A DNA stretch of 64,000 nt from an uncultured bacterium (GCA_965112635.1 OZ218778.1:1152001-1216000), one strand, 5' to 3'. Positions 19,565 through 28,693 are shown, counted from the first letter of the stretch. Program-made: numbers and translations. Notes: generated from the letters alone by a model not told the origin.

Positions 19565-19626
19565 AAAAAGCCAACGCAGGGGGGTTTTTGTTTCCGAAAG
19601 GGAACAAAATGCTGCGCTGGCTTTTT
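19565..19626 (+). promoter_or_regulatory. Long hairpin with GAAA tetraloop and T-tail upstream of pckG (terminator/attenuator-like)
   Basis: AAAAAGCCAACGCAG...TTTTGTTTCC-GAAA-GGGAACAAAA...CTGCGCTGGCTTTTTT. Confidence 0.5.
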
Positions 19627-19653
19627 TAATTTATACAGATTGAGGAGGTCGAA

Positions 19654-21420
19654 ATGGCCACACCTGTAGAAAAATGGGTCGAAGAGCAAGCGGCCTTAGC
19701 CAAGCCGAAGAAGATTCATTGGTGCGACGGCTCCGAGGAAGAAGCCCGCAAGCTGATCGAAATCGGGATGAACGAAGAGAAGATCAATGGGGTTCCGATT
19801 TTCCAGAAGCTCAACCAGGAGAAATGGCCCAATGCTTATTATCACCAGAGCCATCCGACGGATGTTGCCCGGACTGAACATTTAACTTTTATCTGCCATC
19901 CTGATAAAGAATCCGCGGGCCCTAACAACAACTGGATGGAACCGGGAGAAGCCAAAAAGGTACTGACCGGATTGACGGATGGATGCATGAAAGACAGGAC
20001 CATGTATGTCCTTCCTTATATGATGGGAAATCCGGATTCTCCGTATGCTAAACCTACGGTCCAGCTGACCGATGTCAGTTATGTTGCTGTCAGCATGAGG
20101 ATCATGACCCGCAAAGGCAAAGCGGTCACGGAAAAGATCGGGCACAGTGACTATTTTTATAAAGGGATCCATTCGGTCGGCGATCTAGACCCTAATAGGC
20201 GCTATATCATGCATTTCCCCCAGGAAAATTTGGTATGGAGCATTGGTTCGGGCTACGGAGGAAATGCTTTGCTGGGCAAAAAATGTTTTTCCCTGCGCAT
20301 CGCTTCATGGGAAGGGTCCCAGCAGGGATGGCTGGCCGAACATATGGTGATCTTGGGAATCGAGGACCCTCAAGGCAAGGTCACCTATGTCACCGCGGCG
20401 CTGCCCTCGGCTTGCGGCAAAACCAATCTCGCCATGATGCAATCGGCTCTGCCGGGTTACAAGATCTGGACCCTGGGCGATGATATAGCCTGGCTGAATG
20501 TGGGGCCAGACGGCAGATTATACGCCATTAATCCAGAGCTTGGATTTTTTGGCGTAGCCCCAGGCACTTCGATGAAGACCAACCCTAATATGATGCGGAC
20601 TTTAAAAGCCACTAAATTTTATCCCACGCTTTACACCAATACGGCCATCAATCTCGATACCAATGAGCCGTGGTGGGAGGGTCTTGACGGGGATATCCCC
20701 AAAAATTTGAAAGACTGGCAAGGCAAACCTTGGAATGCCTCAGGGGGCACCAAGGCCGCTCATCCTAATTCACGATTCACGGTCTCCATCTATAACGCGC
20801 CCACGCTTTCGCCGGAGTTCGACAACCCCAGGGGTGTGCCCATATCCGCCATGCTGTTCGGATGCAAACGCACCCAGCTTATTCCCCTGGTCATGGAGGC
20901 TTTTAACTGGCAGAACGGGGTTTTTGCCGGGGCTCGTGTGGGGTCGGAAACAACCGCGGCGGCAGCTGGACAAGTTGGCGTTTTACGGAAGGACCCCATG
21001 TCCATGATTCCGTTCTGCGGTTACAACATGGGGGATTACTTCGGGCATTGGTTAGCCATGGGCGCTAAAATGAAGCACCCACCCAAGATCTATTCTGTCA
21101 ACTGGTTCAGGACCGACGAGCAAGGCCAGTATATTTGGCCGGGTTTTGGCGAGAACATCCGCGTGTTGAAATGGATCGTGGACAGGGTCAACGGCAAGGT
21201 GGGCGCGAGGGAAACTGCTTTGGGTTTGGTCCCCGAATTGAAGGACCTTGATCTGGGAGGCCTTAAGATCACGGCTGATAAAATGACAAAATTGCTTGAG
21301 GTCAACCCTGCTGACTGGCGCCAGGAATTAGATGATACCGAGAAATTTTTCAGCCAGTTTGGAGGCCATTTGCCTCCAGAGATGCAGCAAGAGCTGAGAA
21401 AAGCTAAAGGGATAAAGTAA
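19654..21420 (+). CDS. pckG: Phosphoenolpyruvate carboxykinase (GTP)
   Basis: GSGYGGNALLGKKC, WLAEHM, PSACGKTN, GDDIAW, AHPNSRF, WPGFGEN. Confidence 0.96.
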   Translation: MATPVEKWVEEQAALAKPKKIHWCDGSEEEARKLIEIGMNEEKINGVPIFQKLNQEKWPNAYYHQSHPTDVARTEHLTFICHPDKESAGPNNNWMEPGEAKKVLTGLTDGCMKDRTMYVLPYMMGNPDSPYAKPTVQLTDVSYVAVSMRIMTRKGKAVTEKIGHSDYFYKGIHSVGDLDPNRRYIMHFPQENLVWSIGSGYGGNALLGKKCFSLRIASWEGSQQGWLAEHMVILGIEDPQGKVTYVTAALPSACGKTNLAMMQSALPGYKIWTLGDDIAWLNVGPDGRLYAINPELGFFGVAPGTSMKTNPNMMRTLKATKFYPTLYTNTAINLDTNEPWWEGLDGDIPKNLKDWQGKPWNASGGTKAAHPNSRFTVSIYNAPTLSPEFDNPRGVPISAMLFGCKRTQLIPLVMEAFNWQNGVFAGARVGSETTAAAAGQVGVLRKDPMSMIPFCGYNMGDYFGHWLAMGAKMKHPPKIYSVNWFRTDEQGQYIWPGFGENIRVLKWIVDRVNGKVGARETALGLVPELKDLDLGGLKITADKMTKLLEVNPADWRQELDDTEKFFSQFGGHLPPEMQQELRKAKGIK

Positions 21421-21439
21421 CCAAACAGTCTTTATCTTG

Positions 21440-21476
21440 AAAAAGGCAGCTATCACTTATGAGGGCTGCCTTTTTT
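21440..21476 (+). terminator. Intrinsic terminator after pckG
   Basis: AAAAAGGCAGC...GCTGCCTTTTTT. Confidence 0.8.
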
Positions 21477-21582
21477 GTTTTGTAAACTATTTAGAGCTTT
21501 AAAAAAACAGGAAAAAGGCATATTATTGGCTCGTTTGCGTAGATTTTCACCATATTTACATAAGGGGTAGTTCTGTTCTGGG

Positions 21583-21659
21583 GCGCCCATAGCTCAGTTG
21601 GATAGAGCGAATGACTACGAATCATTAGGCCAGAGGTTCGAATCCTCTTGGGCGCACCA
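21583..21659 (+). tRNA. tRNA-Arg(ACG)
   Basis: Acceptor GCGCCCA/TGGGCGC, anticodon arm AATGA-CTACGAA-TCATT, GGTTCGAATCC T-arm, 3' CCA. Confidence 0.96.
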
Positions 21660-21730
21660 TAAAGGTCTTTATAAGAAATATAATTTTATGTTATACTTGT
21701 TTTACTATTATTATATCTGAGGAGGAAAGC

Positions 21731-21898
21731 ATGCCAGTCGTTGAAGAGTCGGAATACAAAGGCAGCCCTGTTTTAATTTTGAAAGTCAGTGAGGAAGACA
21801 GGTTCCCTTTTAATTTTGGCTTAAGGAAAGCCAAGCTTATTCTGGACCACATCGAAGATATCAAGCGTTTTGTCCAAAAGCATAACAAAACCAAGTAA
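21731..21898 (+). CDS. Small 55-aa protein absent from the ORF track (MPVVEESEYKGSPVLILKVSEEDRFPFNFGLRKAKLILDHIEDIKRFVQKHNKTK)
   Basis: Strong GAGGAGG RBS, ATG...TAA, protein-like composition with an amphipathic C-terminal helix. Confidence 0.75.
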   Translation: MPVVEESEYKGSPVLILKVSEEDRFPFNFGLRKAKLILDHIEDIKRFVQKHNKTK

Positions 21899-22093
21899 TA
21901 ACCGGTCTCCTCAAATTAAAGCTCCGGGTCTTCTTAGGCCTTAATACAAAGCTATGGCCGTTCCTTTATTGTTGTCATGCCCAAGCCTTGAATTTGCTGC
22001 CTCTTATTGCCCCTTTTTATCTGATTGCTATTCGGCTTGATTTTTTCCCAACACTCCATTATTTTTACAACATCCTTGGATAGGAGGTTTGTC

Positions 22094-22414
22094 ATGGAGG
22101 AAGCATCCAGTCTGATCCCTTTGGGGAACAGCCTTTATTTTGATTCTCACCGCAAATTGATCGTAGAAAAAAAAGGTGAGGTAATGAAGGTCGTCGAGAC
22201 GGATCGCAGGCGCCAAAACAGGCCTGTTACCGTTGAAAAAAGGGTTTTACCTTCCGAAGATAACTCGCAATGGGTATCCCTGGGCCAGGGGCTGTATTTT
22301 GACAAGCAGCAAAAAGTGCTCATGAAAAAGATGGGTTCCAGGATGGTGCTTTATAGCCGGGACAGAAGGAAAGAACGCCGTCCCATCTCTCAGGAGAGAA
22401 GAAAGCAGTCTTAA
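22094..22414 (+). CDS. Hypothetical protein made of two internal repeats, each ending in Arg-rich DRR...E[KR]R
   Basis: AGGAGG RBS before ATG 22094; LGNSLYFD...DRRRQNRPVTVEKR versus LGQGLYFD...DRRKERRPISQERR. Confidence 0.75.
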   Translation: MEEASSLIPLGNSLYFDSHRKLIVEKKGEVMKVVETDRRRQNRPVTVEKRVLPSEDNSQWVSLGQGLYFDKQQKVLMKKMGSRMVLYSRDRRKERRPISQERRKQS

Positions 22415-22430
22415 TTTCAAGTTCGTTGAT

Positions 22431-22506
22431 GGGGCAGTAGCTCAGTTGGGAGAGCGCCGCGTTCGCAACGCGGAGGCCGGCGGTTCGATCCCGCTCTGCT
22501 CCACCA
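22431..22506 (+). tRNA. tRNA-Ala(CGC)
   Basis: GGGGCAG acceptor, anticodon arm CCGCG-TTCGCAA-CGCGG, GGTTCGATCCC, CCA. Confidence 0.96.
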
Positions 22507-22577
22507 TTTTTCTGTTTTTAGCCGCGGGATCTTTTGGTCCGGGCTTGATCTGTTGCAATGGAATCTTGGTTCATTGG

Positions 22578-22667
<90 letters not shown>

Positions 22668-22731
22668 CTTTTTGCCTTGCAAAAAGTGGCGAGACCTCGT
22701 TATTTTAAAAAAATGACGGGTCCGCCATTTT
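22668..22731 (+). repeat. tRNA-Ser trailer repeat, copy 1
   Basis: AAAAAGTGGCGAGACCTCGTTATTTTAAAAAAATGACGGGTCCGCCATTTT aligns with 22866-22934. Confidence 0.65.
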
Positions 22732-22775
22732 CTCGTAACGCATTCATGCTGGGATGTTGGGCTCAAAGTTGGGAT

Positions 22776-22865
22776 GGAGAGATGGCCGAGTGGTCGAAGG
22801 CGGCAGACTCGAAATCTGTTATACCCGCAAGGGTATCGGGGGTTCAAATCCCTCTCTCTCCGCCA
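22776..22865 (+). tRNA. tRNA-Ser(CGA)
   Basis: GGAGAGA/TCTCTCC acceptor, GCAGA-CTCGAAA-TCTGT, long variable arm, CCA. Confidence 0.96.
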
Positions 22866-22934
22866 CTTTATGCAAAACAAAAAGTTGCGGGATCTCGTCA
22901 TGTTAAAAAGTGAAATGGCAGACCCGCCATTTTT
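22866..22934 (+). repeat. tRNA-Ser trailer repeat, copy 2
   Basis: AAAAAGTTGCGGGATCTCGTCATGTTAAAAAGTGAAATGGCAGACCCGCCATTTT. Confidence 0.65.
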
Positions 22935-23012
22935 CATTGCTTATTAATCTATGGGGATTTCAAAAAATATTTACGGAATTTATGGAGCCTAACGAGGGAT
23001 GGGAGAATAGTC

Positions 23013-24011
23013 GTGCCGGTTGGAAGCGACAGTAATGCCAATCCCGCTAGTTTTCATGAAGCGGGCGGAGATGCCGAAAAAGTATTATTAGAGCAGCTCA
23101 AGCAAGTCGCTGGGGTGAAAACGCAGGAGCGGCGCCTGACCTCGGTTCTTCACAACCTGGCCGAATTCTACCGGATAGGTAGCCGGTTTGCAGAGGCTGA
23201 GCCATTGTATGCCAGGGCATTGGAGATCAGGGTTAGGATCCTGGGGCCCAAACATCCTGATGTTGCTTCCATTTGGCACAATCTAGCCCTTCTGTATCAA
23301 TCCCAAGGAAAATATAACGAAGCGGAAAAGATGTTCAATAAGGCCCTTGTCATCAGGGAAAAAGCCTTGGGGTCAAAGCATGAGGAAGTCGCTTCTGTAT
23401 TGAACAACATGGCCTTGCTTTATAAAGCCCAGGGCAAATACTCCGTAGCTGAAAAATTGTTCAAAAGGGCCCTGGATATTTACGAGCGGGCCTTGGGGGC
23501 GGAGCATCCCAAAGCTATTACAACCTTGAATAATCTGGTAGCTTTATATCATGCTGATGGAAAATATGCGCAGGCAGAGCCGCTTTACAGGCAGCTTTTA
23601 GAGGTCCGGCAAAAGACCCTGGGCAGGGATCATCCCGAGGTCGCCACGGTTTTAAATAACCTGGCAGGTTTGTACCGTACCAAGCGAAAGTTCCTGGAAG
23701 CCGAACCTTTATACAGGCGGGCACTCAGTATCTATGAGCGGTTATTAGGCCGGGAACATCCGGACACAGCCACTATTCTCAATAATCTTGCAGGGCTTTA
23801 TAATGATCAAGGCAAGCATGCGGAGGCCGAACCTCTTTATCGACGAGCTTTGACCATCCGGGAAAGGGTTCTAGGGAAAGACCACTTGGATGTGGCTATC
23901 ACCTTGGAGCAGTACGCATCCCTTTTAAAGGCAACGAACCGCGAGGATAAAGCGGAAATTTTGGAAAAGAAAGCTCAGGAAATCCAGTTAAGATACTCGC
24001 AGCTGAAGTAA
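23013..24011 (+). CDS. TPR protein with 42-aa kinesin-light-chain-like repeats
   Basis: Repeated LG.[KE]HP.VA..LNNLA.LY..QGKY.EAEPLY.RAL. Confidence 0.92.
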   Translation: MPVGSDSNANPASFHEAGGDAEKVLLEQLKQVAGVKTQERRLTSVLHNLAEFYRIGSRFAEAEPLYARALEIRVRILGPKHPDVASIWHNLALLYQSQGKYNEAEKMFNKALVIREKALGSKHEEVASVLNNMALLYKAQGKYSVAEKLFKRALDIYERALGAEHPKAITTLNNLVALYHADGKYAQAEPLYRQLLEVRQKTLGRDHPEVATVLNNLAGLYRTKRKFLEAEPLYRRALSIYERLLGREHPDTATILNNLAGLYNDQGKHAEAEPLYRRALTIRERVLGKDHLDVAITLEQYASLLKATNREDKAEILEKKAQEIQLRYSQLK

Positions 24012-24029
24012 CAGGTTTAAAGGTGGAAA

Positions 24030-25124
24030 ATGGGAGTTAAAGTCAAACCTATCGTCTTTCTATTGTCTTTAATTTTATTAGCAGCATCTTTTGCGGCTGT
24101 TGAGGCCGTGGTCGTTTCGGATGACGTGCCAGGTGGTGTGGAAATGACCACGACTGCTTCAACGGCAACTCCAACCCTTGTTCCAGTCCTTACCGCTGTT
24201 CCTTCGACCAAAAACGTTGTGGTTTCCACTCCTGTTGGACCGATATTAACCCCTGTGGTGCAATCCGTTGCGGTCACTCCTTTGCCGACTCCTTTGTCGC
24301 CAACCGCACCCAAGTTCCAAAAGATCTATTTTGTCTCCAATGTAGACGGCCAATGGTCGGTCTACAGCGTGAACCTGGATGGGACAGGCCAGATAAAGAT
24401 CACCAAGACCGACCTGTCCCTGAACCGCTGGAGCTATTATTCCCCGGTGGTTTCTCCCGACGGGAAAAATATGCTGTTGGTCATGACACGCAACGTCCGT
24501 TCTTATCTTTATCTTAGGGATATGGCTACTTCCAAAGGCAAACGCATTTCCGCGAGCACTGATTACGAGCTGGATCCGGCCTGGTCGGCGGACAACCAAG
24601 AGATGGCTTTTGTTTCCCTGAGGAACCGCAATATCCCGCAGGTCTTTGCGGCCCCTCGCCGAGGCTGGCCCGAAAAGCAGATCACCGAGGGGGACTGGCC
24701 TTGCACGCATCCTTGTTTTTCTCCTGACGGCAAAAGCATATGTTTTGTTTCCAAAAGGGACAACGTGGAATCCATCTATACGATGACTCTGGACGGCAAG
24801 GGCCTCAAGCGTTTGACCAATGCCGACTCCGCCGATTTTTATCCCTGCTGGTCCCCTGACGGCAAAGATGTCTTGTTCGTTTCTACGAGGGACAAAAAGT
24901 ACCAGATCTATACGACCGATGCGGCGACCGGAGTCCAAGCCACCAAGCTTTCTGATGGCCAAAGCAATGATAAGGACCCCTGCTATTCTCCCGATGGCCA
25001 GAGCATTGTTTTTGTTTCCGACAGGGACGGCAACGACGAGATCTACATGATGGATAAAGATGGAAAGAACCGGCGCCGTGTTACTTTTAATCATGCCAGT
25101 TCGAGGCAGCCCTGCTGGAGATGA
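24030..25124 (+). CDS. Secreted TolB-like (PD40) beta-propeller with Pro/Thr-rich linker
   Basis: Signal peptide, PT-rich stretch, repeated P.WSPDG..I.FVS.RDG. Confidence 0.85.
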   Translation: MGVKVKPIVFLLSLILLAASFAAVEAVVVSDDVPGGVEMTTTASTATPTLVPVLTAVPSTKNVVVSTPVGPILTPVVQSVAVTPLPTPLSPTAPKFQKIYFVSNVDGQWSVYSVNLDGTGQIKITKTDLSLNRWSYYSPVVSPDGKNMLLVMTRNVRSYLYLRDMATSKGKRISASTDYELDPAWSADNQEMAFVSLRNRNIPQVFAAPRRGWPEKQITEGDWPCTHPCFSPDGKSICFVSKRDNVESIYTMTLDGKGLKRLTNADSADFYPCWSPDGKDVLFVSTRDKKYQIYTTDAATGVQATKLSDGQSNDKDPCYSPDGQSIVFVSDRDGNDEIYMMDKDGKNRRRVTFNHASSRQPCWR

Positions 25125-25639
25125 GCAAGCACGTCCTTTTGATCCTGCTGTTATTCAACTCTTTGGTCCTGTGGAGCGCAGACCAGGAGCTGGCCTCCTA
25201 TCGTTGCAGCCGGCAGACGGCGCCGCAGGGGGAGGGGTTTTACAACGCGCGGCTGGCCTGCCGGCTGCTGCATCTGGCAGTCATCAAAAAGGGCGAAGTT
25301 TTTTCCTTTAACGACACGGTCAGCAGGGTCCGGCGTTATTATAAGCCAGGGCCTTCCGTGGAAGGGCAGCAAACGGTGTTGAGCCTGGGCGGGGGGATCT
25401 GCCAGGTTTCGACAGCCTTGTACCAGGCAGCTTTAAAAGCCGGGCTGGAGATCGTCGAAAGCCATCATCATTCCAATTTTTTGCCCACTATTGATTACTG
25501 CAAGCCTGGTGAAGACGCCGCCATCAGCAGGCCTTATAAAGACTTGAGGATCAGGAATAACAAGGATTTTCCTATACAACTACAGGCGTTCACCGAGGAA
25601 AATAAGACCGTCATCATCAAGATCATGAGAAAAGAATAG
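25121..25639 (+). CDS. VanW-family protein
   Basis: GEVFSFN, GGGICQVSTALY, HHHS, DLRIRNN. Confidence 0.85.
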   Translation: MSKHVLLILLLFNSLVLWSADQELASYRCSRQTAPQGEGFYNARLACRLLHLAVIKKGEVFSFNDTVSRVRRYYKPGPSVEGQQTVLSLGGGICQVSTALYQAALKAGLEIVESHHHSNFLPTIDYCKPGEDAAISRPYKDLRIRNNKDFPIQLQAFTEENKTVIIKIMRKE

Positions 25640-25786
25640 ATTATCAGCGGGCCGGTGCGACCGCGGCTTCCTTGCTTGACAGGCTGATGATTTTTATATT
25701 ATATTACAGCCCTTAACCTAACTGTCCTGTTCGCTTCTATCCCGAGCGCAGGCCTGTTAAACCTTATTTATAGATAGGAAAGGAAA

Positions 25787-26230
25787 ATGTTAAAAAGTAA
25801 GTCGACCTTAGCCAAGAATTCTGAAGTCATAAGGAAATGGTGGCTTGTGGATGGGACCGACCAGGTCCTGGGCAGGCTGAGCAGCAGAGTGGCCAGTTTG
25901 TTGCGCGGGAAACATAAACCGACCTATACTCCTTCCGTGGACACCGGCGACCACGTGGTCATCATCAACGCAAGCAAGATCCGTTTGACCGGAAAGAAAG
26001 CAGAACAAAAACTGGATTACAGGCATTCCGGTTACCCCGGTGGACAGCATTTTACCTTATACAAAGATTTACTGGCCAAAGATCCCGAGAAGATGGTGCT
26101 CTTGGCGGTCAAAGGGATGCTGCCCAAGAATTCCCTGGGCAGGAAAATGATCACCAAGCTCAGGGTGTATCGCGATGCCACCAATCCCCACGGCGCGCAA
26201 AAGCTGGAGCCTTATTCCTTAGTTAAATAA
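25787..26230 (+). CDS. rplM: 50S ribosomal protein L13
   Basis: [36 protein letters not shown]. Confidence 0.98.
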   Translation: MLKSKSTLAKNSEVIRKWWLVDGTDQVLGRLSSRVASLLRGKHKPTYTPSVDTGDHVVIINASKIRLTGKKAEQKLDYRHSGYPGGQHFTLYKDLLAKDPEKMVLLAVKGMLPKNSLGRKMITKLRVYRDATNPHGAQKLEPYSLVK

Positions 26231-26246
26231 CAGGCCTTAGGGGGCA

Positions 26247-26636
26247 GTGATGGGACAGGGATGGGGCGGCCAGGAAAGAAGAGAGTCTCCCCGGGTCAAG
26301 GAAGCGGTCGGTATCCATTACCGGGTGCTGGAAAAAGATGAAGGAGCGGTCTCAGAAAGGTTCCTGCAGGCAGAGACCATCAATATCAGCGCGAACGGCT
26401 TGCTCCTGGTGACCAAGACGAGGCTGAGCGAGAACCAGAGCCTTATCATGGAAATAATTTTCGAGAAGCCGGAACAGCTGATCCAATGCCACGGCAGGGT
26501 GGTCTGGGTGAAGAAGGCCGAGGATCCTTATTATCATGTCGGCGTCGAGTTCATCCGGATGGAAGCGAAGACCAGCGAGTTGTTCAAGAAATATGTGCAG
26601 GAGATATTAGAAAAGGATTCTCCGACCCAAAGCTAA
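26247..26636 (+). CDS. Single-domain PilZ protein (c-di-GMP receptor)
   Basis: ERRESPR (RxxxR) and NISANG (D/NxSxxG) motifs, GRVVW, GVEF. Confidence 0.88.
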   Translation: MMGQGWGGQERRESPRVKEAVGIHYRVLEKDEGAVSERFLQAETINISANGLLLVTKTRLSENQSLIMEIIFEKPEQLIQCHGRVVWVKKAEDPYYHVGVEFIRMEAKTSELFKKYVQEILEKDSPTQS

Positions 26637-26666
26637 AGCCGGGCCGGACCAATCGGTAAAGGAGAC

Positions 26667-27065
26667 ATGATGGCAGAAAGTTCATTTTTAGGCACCGGTA
26701 GGCGTAAAACCTCGCTGGCCCGCGTCATCCTGAGCAAAGGCGAGGGGAATCTCGTGATCAACGGGAAACCATCCGAGGATTACTTCAAAGGGCATGATTC
26801 CCTGGCCAAGGTGGTGAAAGGTCCTCTGGTCCTCACGGAGACTGGCAACCAATATGATATTTTAGTGAGCGCGAGCGGCGGAGGGAAAAGCAGTCAGGCT
26901 GGAGCAGTATCCTTGGGCATCGCCCGGGCCCTCATCCAGGTCAATCCGGAATTACGTCCGGTCTTGAGCAAAGCCGGGCTTTTACGCAGAGACCCGCGCA
27001 TGGTGGAGCGGAAGAAATACGGACAGCCGGGAGCCAGGAAAAGATTCCAGTTCTCCAAACGCTAG
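26667..27065 (+). CDS. rpsI: 30S ribosomal protein S9
   Basis: GTGRRK, GGGKSSQAGA, RDPRMVERKKYG, QFSKR. Confidence 0.98.
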   Translation: MMAESSFLGTGRRKTSLARVILSKGEGNLVINGKPSEDYFKGHDSLAKVVKGPLVLTETGNQYDILVSASGGGKSSQAGAVSLGIARALIQVNPELRPVLSKAGLLRRDPRMVERKKYGQPGARKRFQFSKR

Positions 27066-27080
27066 TCCTGAGGAGCATGT

Positions 27081-28517
27081 ATGTTCAGGGCAGAAAAGCT
27101 GCAAAAAACAGTTTTTCTGCCCTTTTTATTTACACTCTTCCTTTGGCTGGGTCTTGGTCCGGCCGTTCTGGCCGAAGATGTGGTGGACGTCACCGCCCAG
27201 CAGGAAGGCGACCGCTACGCGATCTATGGTGAAAACCGCGATCCCTGGGCCCCCTACCATGTTGTGGTCACTTTGCCCAAACTGGAAAATTTAAAAACTT
27301 CGGCCTCCTTGCCTTTTCCAGCCGTCCTTTCACCGACCTCCAAGGCGGTTTTGTTCTATCTGGACCCGGTAGACCCGCAGCAGAGCACCAATTTTTCCAC
27401 CAGCTTCACTTACGGCGTGGGAGACCCCAACATCGTTCCCGACGGTTACAAATACCTCCTTCCTTACGCGCATGGGACCAAGCACAACGTGTGTCAGGGG
27501 TATTTCGGCAGGCAAACCCATCAAAACTGCTATTGCCTGGATTTTGAAATGGACGAGGGGACCAACATTTGCGCCGCCAGGGACGGGATGGTCATCCGGG
27601 TCAAAGACGATTCCGACCGGGGCGGGCCCTCGCCGAGCTTCGAGCAAGACGCTAATGTGATAGAGGTCCTCCAGACGGACGGCACCCTGGCCGAGTATGC
27701 CCATCTCAAATACAAAGGGGTCTTGGTCAAGGTCGGCGACCATGTCGCCGCCGGCCAGATCATCGGCCTGAGCGGCAACACGGGCTATAGCTCTGGTCCG
27801 CACCTCCATTTCGTGGTAGAAAAGCCGGATTGGGGAGATCCCAAATCCATGGCCACGCAGTTTTTATCCAAGGACAACCAGGGGATATCCCTGGAGGAGG
27901 GCCGCGCCTATTATTCCTACCACCCGGATGGCCAGCCTTTTGAGGAAGTCTTGGCCGAGAAAATAAAGGAAGTCGAGCTGGAAAAGATACGAAAACAAGT
28001 GCCTCTGGACAATGAGCTCAAGATCCGGGAAGAGACCGTGGACTACAGGGTCTATATTTACTGCAGCAATGGGACTGCCAGTGCCCGGAGATTGACCTTG
28101 TCCTTCCCGGAAATGCAAAACTGTGTCAGCTCCAAGCCCGTCCCCTGCACCCTGGAGGTTCCCAACGGCAAAGAGATCTATTTTTTATATATGACCAGAC
28201 AGGATTTTGAGGATCCCTTTAGTTATTCCTCGCAGGTAGAGGCCACGGATAAGGAACTGGATACCCCGGCGATGGATGCCCAATATGCCCTGACCAAGGG
28301 TGATGCGGCTTATTTGAGTGAAAAGTATTCCGTAGCTAGGGATTGGTATAGTCTGGCCTTGGACAAAGGCAGCGCCGAGGCCATGTACCATATGGGATTG
28401 ATGTATGAAAAAGGCCAGGGCGTGCAGGCCGATGTTGATCAGGCCAAGCAGTGGTACCAAAAAGCCGTGGACGCGGGTTTTGTCGGCGCGCAGATGGAAT
28501 TGGACCGTTTAAAGTAA
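27081..28517 (+). CDS. Secreted M23 metallopeptidase with C-terminal Sel1 repeats
   Basis: Signal peptide; YAHL and SGNTGYSSGPHLHF; Sel1-like AMYHMGLMYEKGQGV...AKQWYQKA. Confidence 0.88.
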   Translation: MFRAEKLQKTVFLPFLFTLFLWLGLGPAVLAEDVVDVTAQQEGDRYAIYGENRDPWAPYHVVVTLPKLENLKTSASLPFPAVLSPTSKAVLFYLDPVDPQQSTNFSTSFTYGVGDPNIVPDGYKYLLPYAHGTKHNVCQGYFGRQTHQNCYCLDFEMDEGTNICAARDGMVIRVKDDSDRGGPSPSFEQDANVIEVLQTDGTLAEYAHLKYKGVLVKVGDHVAAGQIIGLSGNTGYSSGPHLHFVVEKPDWGDPKSMATQFLSKDNQGISLEEGRAYYSYHPDGQPFEEVLAEKIKEVELEKIRKQVPLDNELKIREETVDYRVYIYCSNGTASARRLTLSFPEMQNCVSSKPVPCTLEVPNGKEIYFLYMTRQDFEDPFSYSSQVEATDKELDTPAMDAQYALTKGDAAYLSEKYSVARDWYSLALDKGSAEAMYHMGLMYEKGQGVQADVDQAKQWYQKAVDAGFVGAQMELDRLK

Positions 28518-28545
28518 TCATGAGTCCTATTGTTTTCCCTGTGCC

Positions 28546-28574
28546 TTGACAGTTTTTAAGGCAAGTGCTATATT
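28546..28574 (+). promoter_or_regulatory. pyr operon promoter
   Basis: TTGACA-17 nt-TATATT with an extended TG. Confidence 0.75.
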
Positions 28575-28596
28575 CACTCAGGTTCAGAAACAAATA

Positions 28597-28693
28597 CCCT
28601 TTAAACTAGTTCAGAGAAACTAGGAAGGGAATAAAAAATGAAAAATATAAACCATGTCAGCCTTCTTGCAAATCATGCGGGAAGGCTTTTTTT
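28597..28693 (+). promoter_or_regulatory. PyrR-binding loop and attenuator terminator
   Basis: CCCTTTAAACTAGTTCAGAGAAACTAGGAAGGG fits the PyrR anti-antiterminator pattern (UUUAA...AGUCCNGNGAGGCU); terminator AGCCTTCTTGCA...TGCGGGAAGGCTTTTTTT at 28659-28693. Confidence 0.85.
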
